The notes under the pieces were generated by a model. The model made no database searches and was not told where the DNA came from. It saw nothing but the letters and a program-made list of their open reading frames with translations. Positions 57,679 through 64,000 of a stretch of 64,000 bases of DNA are shown here, in pieces (position 1 is the stretch's first letter; every line of letters begins with the position of its first letter). The stretch covers positions 4,273 through 68,272 of the forward strand of contig SHZM01000012.1 of the NCBI GenBank assembly GCA_009692265.1, given 5' to 3'. A program made the translations under genes and the position numbers. The stretch comes from Gammaproteobacteria bacterium (GTDB lineage: Bacteria; Pseudomonadota; Gammaproteobacteria; Ga0077536).

Positions 57679-60233
57679 CAGCCCTTGTCCCCAACTTGTT
57701 TGGCACAAGCCTGGATGTCGCGGGCCATATCTGCTCCCGTTTGGTAGCGCTTATCCGCGTCTTTCTGTAGCGCCTTATCGATGATCTCTGGGATACAGGG
57801 TCGCTGCCGCGCCAAATCGGGTTTAAACGTGGCGATATCTTGATGCGGTTCGTTAGCGATCTTGTACATCAAGGTTGCCATCGACTCGCCCATGAACGGT
57901 AGCTTGCCGGTTACCATTTGGTAGAGCATGACACCCAGTGAAAACAGGTCGGAGCGTCCGTCCACTTTTTTACCTGACAATTGCTCGGGCGACATGTATG
58001 ACGGCGTACCGAGCACCATTCCCGTTTTGGTTTTGCTGGAATCGGTGATCCGGGCAATCCCGAAGTCCGTCAACTTGACCGTCTTTTTATTCGGCTCGTA
58101 CATGATATTTGCCGGCTTAATATCGCGATGGACGACATTTTGTTTGTGCGCAAAGTCAAGCGCTAGCGCAGCTTTGAAGATCACGCCCATAGTGATCGGA
58201 AGCGGCAGCAGGGAATCCGGCTTGGTGTAGCGCGCAAGGTCGTGGCCTTCGAGGAACTCCATCGCGATATACGCCAAATCGTGTTCTTCGCCAGCGTCAT
58301 AAATCGTTACGATATTGGGATGCTGAAGGCGACCGGCTGTTTCCGCCTCGCGGAAAAAACGGCTTTTCACTTCATCGAGTTCGTCGGCTTCGAATTCCTG
58401 CGACAACGCCATCGTTTTTATGGCCACGACCCGGTTAATCTTCGGATCCTTGCCGAGATACACCACCCCCATGGCACCTTTGCCGAGCTCCCTCTCAACT
58501 TCATAGCGCCCGAGCATAGTCTTGGTGCCACCTGCTCCGGTCTGGAGGATAGTCGTGCGCGCCGCGCCGCCAGGCGGCGAGCCGCTGGGGTACAGCATCA
58601 AGGTGTCCATGGCTTGTTTGGCCTGGGTGATCTTGTTTTGAATATCCCTGAACTTCGGGTTTTTGTCGTAAATGTACTCGTAAACGAGCATCGCTTTTTC
58701 GGGTTTGCGTTTAACCTGGAAGTCGGTGGCCAGGGAATACATTGACTCCAGTAAGTTGTCGTCGGCCGGGCACTTTCGGAAGTACTCGAATGCGTTATCC
58801 AATTCGCCCTTCTGTTGAAATTGCAGCGCGAGTTGTTTGTTACTGGCGGCTGAATCGACGTCCAGGCGCAATTTGCTCGCTTCCGTGACAAGGAAACGTT
58901 TAGTCGTCAGAAGTACGTGTCCGATCGCGAGCAGACTTACCGCCGTCATTAATTTCAGCCACGTGGCCTGTGACTTCATCAAGCCCAGTTCAATGACGAT
59001 TAAAGCCACGAAAATAGCGCCGCTGATCAAAAAGGCCCGACCCGCTTTCAAGCGTGGCAGGAGAAATATCAGATAGGCTCCCACCAGCAACAGCACCAGG
59101 AATTCGGCGATTCCCGCCCAGCCCGGCTGCACGAAAAAGTTCTGATTCAGAATACTCGCGACGGTATGCGCGAGGACTAAGGCCGGCCCGCCTACGTCAC
59201 CCGTTGGCGTGTGCAAGGTTGAGCCAACGCCGTAGGCCGTGGCCCCGAGCAGCACAATTTTGTCCTTGAAACTTTCCGCCGGGACTTTGTCTTGAATAAC
59301 ATCTATAAACGAGAACACGTCGAACGGTTCGCGATCACCTTCGCGCTTACCGTAATAGAACGTGTTCATGAACAGTTCCGGATTAGTCTTGATATTGAGA
59401 TTTTTGAGTTGAACGCTATCTCCCAAATTGATTTTGATCTCGTCCACGCCAACGTTGAGACTCTTGGCGGCGATCATGAGTGATAACGACGGGAAGTAAT
59501 CATCGTAATAGCGCACGATGAGGGGCTCGAATCGAATATCGCCGTCCACGTCAGGCCACACGATGAGATGCCCAATGGCCGCGGCATTTTCACCAAAGGC
59601 CGGGATCGGTGGCGCTATATTGACCGTCGAGCGCGGGATGAGGTCTTGATTCTGACCGCTTGGGTCAAGAATATTCTGTTTGGGAATCGCGAAGCGCTTG
59701 ATGTAATCGGGGAGCGGCGCGTCCGGATTGCCTATTGGTTCGCCGTCTTCAAGGTGCATCGGCAGGACCACATTACCGCCGTCCTTGATGGTCGTGCCCA
59801 GGATGCCGTCGGTATCCAGCGCCTGCTCGGCAGCTTTTAAAGTTGCGGCAATCTCTTCGCCACCCGGGCTTGAAGCTACCGTCGTCAGTTGGGATTTAAG
59901 ACGCTGAATCCAGGTCAAGCCAGGGTCAACCTGCACTTCCGCATAGAAAATGGTCGACCCGATAACTTTAGCGCCTGCTGCTTTAAGTTTATCGAGCATT
60001 TGCGCGTGGATTTCGCGCGACCATGGCCAGCGCCCGATGCTTTTAATACTGCTGTCATCGATCGCAATCACAGCGATTTGATTACCTGGGTCGCGTGACG
60101 AAAGTCGCACGCCTAAGTCATACGCATCACGTTCAAGTCCTTCGAGAAATTGAAGGCGTCCCCAGATGACTAGAAAGATCAGGGTTAGGGCGATACCTAG
60201 GAAGCGGTCAGATTTCCAGAAGGCCTCTTTCAT
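57678..60233 (-). CDS. CHASE2 sensor domain + TM region + C-terminal Hanks-type Ser/Thr protein kinase
   Basis: 851 aa. The CHASE2 region reads IAVIAIDDSSIKSIGRWPWSRE. The kinase motifs are GKGAMGVVY, AIK, HRDIKPANI, DFGIAR and GTPSYMSPE. Confidence 0.85.
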   Translation of the reverse strand: MKEAFWKSDRFLGIALTLIFLVIWGRLQFLEGLERDAYDLGVRLSSRDPGNQIAVIAIDDSSIKSIGRWPWSREIHAQMLDKLKAAGAKVIGSTIFYAEVQVDPGLTWIQRLKSQLTTVASSPGGEEIAATLKAAEQALDTDGILGTTIKDGGNVVLPMHLEDGEPIGNPDAPLPDYIKRFAIPKQNILDPSGQNQDLIPRSTVNIAPPIPAFGENAAAIGHLIVWPDVDGDIRFEPLIVRYYDDYFPSLSLMIAAKSLNVGVDEIKINLGDSVQLKNLNIKTNPELFMNTFYYGKREGDREPFDVFSFIDVIQDKVPAESFKDKIVLLGATAYGVGSTLHTPTGDVGGPALVLAHTVASILNQNFFVQPGWAGIAEFLVLLLVGAYLIFLLPRLKAGRAFLISGAIFVALIVIELGLMKSQATWLKLMTAVSLLAIGHVLLTTKRFLVTEASKLRLDVDSAASNKQLALQFQQKGELDNAFEYFRKCPADDNLLESMYSLATDFQVKRKPEKAMLVYEYIYDKNPKFRDIQNKITQAKQAMDTLMLYPSGSPPGGAARTTILQTGAGGTKTMLGRYEVERELGKGAMGVVYLGKDPKINRVVAIKTMALSQEFEADELDEVKSRFFREAETAGRLQHPNIVTIYDAGEEHDLAYIAMEFLEGHDLARYTKPDSLLPLPITMGVIFKAALALDFAHKQNVVHRDIKPANIMYEPNKKTVKLTDFGIARITDSSKTKTGMVLGTPSYMSPEQLSGKKVDGRSDLFSLGVMLYQMVTGKLPFMGESMATLMYKIANEPHQDIATFKPDLARQRPCIPEIIDKALQKDADKRYQTGADMARDIQACAKQVGDKG

Positions 60234-60330
60234 CCAGATGTACTCGCGGTTTCTTTAGAATAAACTCAAGGTGTTATCTATAGTAACTGGGAAAATTCTG
60301 AGCGAGTAGCTGCGTTACCTGGGGTCGTTT

Positions 60331-60837
60331 CTAGGGAACGTCTGCGCAGTGCCGCTTAACCTCGGATCTAGCGCGTTCGCGTTCCTTGCGTAACTCGACT
60401 TCTGGCAATATCTGTTTGTTTCCGCGTGTATCGCGGGTGTATAGGCGACTCGCGCTCTCAAGCTCCAGGACCTGGTCGCGAGCCTCGGCGCGAACGCGCC
60501 GGTGTTCGACGAGTCTGGCGTGTTCTTTTGCTTTTTCGGCCTTGCGTTCACTGCGTTCGGTTGCGTATTCATCGAGTAGTCGCTGTGTGCGTAATTGACG
60601 CTCTTCAACGGATTCGGGCGGGAGTGTTGGTCCCGGCACCTGCTTTAAAGGCACTGGTGTGGCCCCCGGCGTAGGAGGCTTATCGGAGAATTGAAGACGG
60701 CCGGCGACGTCGCGGGATTGATAAACATCGGTCGCAACTGCCGCGCAGGACACCCAGAGCAAGCCGACGATAGTGCCGCGTACTAGCGCAGTAACCGTGT
60801 TGGCTGGGCGAATCAAGTGACGCGTATTTAGTGGCAT
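60331..60837 (-). CDS. DUF4124-like secreted/coiled-coil protein
   Basis: 168 aa with a signal-like N-terminus, the DUF4124 pattern VYQSRDVAGRLQFSDKPP and a charged helical C-terminus. Confidence 0.5.
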   Translation of the reverse strand: MPLNTRHLIRPANTVTALVRGTIVGLLWVSCAAVATDVYQSRDVAGRLQFSDKPPTPGATPVPLKQVPGPTLPPESVEERQLRTQRLLDEYATERSERKAEKAKEHARLVEHRRVRAEARDQVLELESASRLYTRDTRGNKQILPEVELRKERERARSEVKRHCADVP

Positions 60838-61124
60838 AGAGATAGCGTCTCCCCGCGCAAATTAAATGAAGAGCATCTCTAAGTAATTGTCTTTTTGTCC
60901 GGTGGCGACGTTGCGGCACTTCCTGCAATGCTCATTAACTTACTGCGTTAACTGTGCTTGTCGGAAGTACCGCGCCTTGTACTCGAACAAAAATCCTATT
61001 TTTTAGAGGTACCCTGAAGTCTCGGTCGCGAAACAGTATAGAAGCCGGATCGTGTGCTCGCCAACTCGCGCGCGGCCCGCGAGCAAGGTCGCGAGATCAG
61101 AGAACCCTCACGCCGCAAGTCACC

Positions 61125-61455
61125 GGACCACCTCAGTGGATTACCCAGAGGAGTTTAGGATTTTCGCATTGTTGATATTCGCGGAACGCGGAAACTCTTG
61201 GCTAGATACCCGCACATCACGCTGCAAGCGCTTCACTGAATTGACGATTTTCAGTAAGTCGCCTCTTCGATCGGAAATTCGCGCAGAGAAGGGTGATCGG
61301 CTAGTTTTGAGTCGTGCCGAGAGGGAAGTTGGCCACCAGACTCGCCAGCAAGGAACGCAGGCGGGTTAGGTGTAGTGGCCATTGTTGCAGAAGGTCCAGG
61401 GACGGATCTAATGGCCCGGCCGGTGGTCGGTAGGCCGACCACCGGATTTTAATTT
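61125..61455 (+). ncRNA. Candidate GGA-rich Csr/Rsm-type regulatory sRNA (5' end undefined)
   Basis: My manual count over about 320 nt on the + strand gives 12 GGA against 1 TCC. Several are in A(N)GGA context. The region ends at a canonical intrinsic terminator, has no credible ORF, and is convergent with fdxA. Confidence 0.3.
61420..61455 (+). terminator. Rho-independent terminator (+ strand)
   Basis: CCGGTGGTCGG-tagg-CCGACCACCGG forms a perfect 11-bp stem followed by ATTTTAATTT. On the minus strand there is no U-tract after the hairpin. Confidence 0.8.
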
Positions 61456-61514
61456 CGGCGCTAGGTTATCCAGTTGGATGCCGTGGCATCCGTTAAACCT
61501 GAACCGGCAGGTGT

Positions 61515-61838
61515 TCAGCGCTCTAAATGTTCAAGCTTCTCGGCGACGCCTTTCCACTCATCCGCATCAGCCGGCGGGTCTTTCATTTCGTTGATAACTG
61601 GCCACCCTTTAGCTAATTCAGCGTTCAACGATAGAAATTGCTGTTCGTAATCGGTCAAATCGTCTTCCGATTTGATCGCCTCCGCTGGGCATTCTGGTTC
61701 GCACAAGGTGCAATCGATACACTCGTCGGGATCGATTACCAACATGTTTGGCCCCTCGTGAAAGCAATCGACTGGGCAGACCTCGACGCAGTCGGTGTAT
61801 TTGCACTTGATACAGTTGTCGGTTACTACAAAAGTCAT
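61515..61838 (-). CDS. fdxA: 7Fe ferredoxin (Azotobacter FdxA type)
   Basis: 107 aa starting [26 protein letters not shown], with the second motif [12 protein letters not shown]. Confidence 0.95.
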   Translation of the reverse strand: MTFVVTDNCIKCKYTDCVEVCPVDCFHEGPNMLVIDPDECIDCTLCEPECPAEAIKSEDDLTDYEQQFLSLNAELAKGWPVINEMKDPPADADEWKGVAEKLEHLER

Positions 61839-61967
61839 ATCAGGTAATCGCAGTTGGTAAAAACGGCAGTATTATAACGACAGGTGGCGTCCGACCCAAC
61901 CCACGCTTGCGCAGGGTGGTGCGGTCCTATATTGAAGTCGGTAATGCGAGCCGATGGCGGTGGGGAC

Positions 61968-64000
61968 TCAGGTTTTTTGCAGTATTTCTTTTAACATGTA
62001 TAGCGCGCTCAATGCGTCTTTTGGACTCAAGCGATCAGGGTCTAATGAGTCGAGTGCGGCGAGCACCGGGTGCGGCGGCGCGTTTAGCGGGAGCTGGGGT
62101 GCGATGCGCGCGAGCTCACCGAGGTACCCGGAGTTTAATTCTTCGAGTCGCGTGCGTGCGCGAGCAATAACCTCCCGCGGAACCCCTGCGAGTAGTGCGA
62201 CCGCGAGTCCATAACTCTGATTCGCGGGGCCTTCCTTGACCGCATGGGTGAAAGTTACTTGTTCGCCGTATTCGAGCGCATCCATGCGGACGTTGCCGAC
62301 TCCAGCCAGGGTCTTGGCAATCGTCGTCAGTTCAAAAAAATGTGTCGCAAACAACGTGAACGCTCGATTGCGCAGCGCCAAATGCTCGGCGGTAGCCCAC
62401 GCCAATGACATGCCATCAAAGGTGCTCGTGCCGCGACCGATTTCGTCGATCAAAACCAAGCTGTTAGCGGTGGCCTGGTGTAGGATGTGGGCTGCTTCGG
62501 TCATCTCGACCATAAAAGTGCTTTGTCCGCGCGAGAGATGATCGGCGGCCCCAATCCGCGAAAAAATCATGTCAATTGGCCCAAATAGGGCGGTCGCTGC
62601 CGGGACGAAGCTCCCGCAATGCGCAAGAATCGCGATCAGCGCGGTTTGTCGCATATAAGTCGATTTCCCGCCCATATTGGGGCCAGTCACGATCAGCATC
62701 CGTCGTTCGTCATCGAGGAGTAGGTCATTCGGGACGAAGGGCGCGCTACTGAATTGTTCGACAACGAGGTGCCGTCCCTGTTCTATCTTGATTGCCGGCT
62801 CGTCGCAGAAACTTGGCGCCACAAGATCTAGGCGTTCCGCCCGCTCGGCAAAGCAGGCCAGTACGTCAAGTTCGGCGAGAGCGTCCGCGGTGCGTTGGAG
62901 TGCCGCAACATACGAGGCTGCGGTATTCAGTAATTCTCCGTAAAGCTCGCGCTCACGCGCCAAGGCGCGGTCATGCGCGCTGAGGATCTTTGACTCGAAA
63001 GCCTTGAGTTCCGGTGTGATGTAGCGCTCGACCCCTTTTAACGTCTGCCGCCGGTGATAGTTGGCGGGGATCTCACTGGTGCGGGTGCGACTCAGTTCAA
63101 TGTAATAACCATGTACGCGATTGAACCCAACTTTTAAATTTGTTATCCCGGTTCGTTCACGTTCACGGCGTTCCAGTGTGAGCAGATAATCGTCAGCGTC
63201 AACCGCGAGACCCCGTAATTCATCGAGGAGGGTATCGTATCCGCGTGCAATCACGCCGCCGTCGCGCACCAGTATAGCTGGCGTTTCCATCAACGCGCGT
63301 GCGAGCAAGGCCTGCAATTCCGGGTAACTGCCAATCGCTACGTTAAGCGCCGCGAGTCGGGGATTATCGAGAGGATGAAGGTCAGCAGTTAGGGCGGGCA
63401 ACATCGCGAGCGATTGCCGAAGTTGCGCGAGATCGCGCGGCCGTGCTGAGTTCAGGGCCACCCGTGAGGAGATACGCTCGATATCGCCGATTTGTCTCAA
63501 CTGAGTTCGCGCATTAAGGCCCTGTGGTGTCCGGCGCAACGCGTCTACCGCGAGCAGGCGATGCCGAATTTCGTCGTGATCGCGCAGAGGGGCGAGCAAC
63601 CAGCGCTTGAGTAATCGACCACCCATCGCGGTAGCGGTGGTGTCCAGAACGGCCGCGAGGGTATTGCTCGGGTTACCGTCCGCGCTTTCGACGAGCTCCA
63701 GGTGTCGCCGGGTTGAGGGATCCATCACGATACTGGCGTCTCGTCGACATAGTTGCGGCGGCTGTAAGTGAGGAAGTCGCCCGCAATGCGTCTCCTCGCA
63801 ATAATTCACTAGGCAGGCCGCCGCACCAGCCGCGAGGGGCGCGGCGCCGAGACCTAGACTGGCGAGGGTTGGGACCGAGAAATATCTACATAAGACAGTG
63901 GCACCAGCACGTGGTTCGAATTTCCATTCCGGTCGCCGACGTTGTACCGGCGCAAGCAGTGCCGAAAGCACGAATTGGGGTGGGTCGGGAAGTAATACCT
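61968..64000 (-). CDS. mutS: DNA mismatch repair protein MutS; the 5' end lies beyond the window edge
   Basis: Walker A reads GPNMGGKSTYMRQ. The motifs STFMVEM and DEIGRGTSTFDG are present. The reading frame stays open to position 64000. Confidence 0.95.
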   Translation of the reverse strand, partial: VLLPDPPQFVLSALLAPVQRRRPEWKFEPRAGATVLCRYFSVPTLASLGLGAAPLAAGAAACLVNYCEETHCGRLPHLQPPQLCRRDASIVMDPSTRRHLELVESADGNPSNTLAAVLDTTATAMGGRLLKRWLLAPLRDHDEIRHRLLAVDALRRTPQGLNARTQLRQIGDIERISSRVALNSARPRDLAQLRQSLAMLPALTADLHPLDNPRLAALNVAIGSYPELQALLARALMETPAILVRDGGVIARGYDTLLDELRGLAVDADDYLLTLERRERERTGITNLKVGFNRVHGYYIELSRTRTSEIPANYHRRQTLKGVERYITPELKAFESKILSAHDRALARERELYGELLNTAASYVAALQRTADALAELDVLACFAERAERLDLVAPSFCDEPAIKIEQGRHLVVEQFSSAPFVPNDLLLDDERRMLIVTGPNMGGKSTYMRQTALIAILAHCGSFVPAATALFGPIDMIFSRIGAADHLSRGQSTFMVEMTEAAHILHQATANSLVLIDEIGRGTSTFDGMSLAWATAEHLALRNRAFTLFATHFFELTTIAKTLAGVGNVRMDALEYGEQVTFTHAVKEGPANQSYGLAVALLAGVPREVIARARTRLEELNSGYLGELARIAPQLPLNAPPHPVLAALDSLDPDRLSPKDALSALYMLKEILQKT

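Noticed and set aside
60838-61125. I looked for a GacA/UvrY box (TGTAAG-N6-CTTACA) upstream of the candidate Rsm-type sRNA.
   Set aside because: I found no acceptable match, only unrelated palindromes (AGTAC-N8-GTACT and CTCGCG-N7-CGCGAG). The sRNA call therefore stays at low confidence.
60954-61442. ORFs 60954..61175 (+), 61052..61369 (+) and 61251..61442 (-) in the DUF4124-fdxA gap could be taken for protein genes.
   Set aside because: None has a Shine-Dalgarno sequence or a protein-like composition. The region is better explained as promoters plus a GGA-rich non-coding RNA candidate.

Overview
The window looks like 64 kb of chromosomal DNA from a Gammaproteobacteria-like genome. That assignment is inferred from gene order: rng-yhdP, surA-pdxA-rsmA, apaG-apaH, lgt-thyA-folA, divergent mrp/metG, rnfB-like-nth and fdxA-mutS. 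Coding density is high. I found no rRNA, tRNA, CRISPR array, transposase, integrase or phage genes. About 60 CDS are supported.

The accessory-looking content falls into six groups:
- A tungstate-type ABC transporter (tupBCA) sits next to an OprO/P-family anion porin.
- A GldG-like/DUF4340 gene pair has no cognate ABC-2 genes.
- A five-gene minus-strand operon encodes an acyl-CoA ligase, an outer-membrane barrel, a P450, a luciferase-like monooxygenase and a GST.
- A nitrogen block (ubiK, glnK, amtB, TorF-family porin) has two separate sigma54 promoter matches.
- A CDGSH gene is divergent from a cNMP-binding/rhodanese gene.
- A dense signalling island spans 48.5-60.8 kb.

The signalling island is the best candidate for an undescribed system. 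A GAF-PP2C phosphatase, an RsbW-like kinase and a STAS protein are translationally coupled to an MlaE/MlaF/MCE/DUF330-lipoprotein transporter. That operon ends in a CHASE2 nucleotide cyclase and converges on a second operon encoding a CHASE2 Ser/Thr kinase, a PP2C phosphatase and a dual-FHA protein.

Other points worth a second look:
- A GGA-rich, terminator-capped candidate Csr/Rsm-type sRNA lies convergent with fdxA.
- apaH has ACG where the conserved start Met codon is expected, and it is in frame with apaG.
- comM carries a single-base frameshift in its Walker A motif, and an OmpR-type response regulator carries one just after the phospho-Asp.
- A GlgC homologue has lost the catalytic signature residues.
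- An AT-rich convergent spacer is flanked by two consensus DnaA boxes.
- An exact 13-nt direct repeat brackets surA-pdxA-rsmA.

All calls come from reading the sequence and the supplied translations by eye. No database search or folding computation was run.
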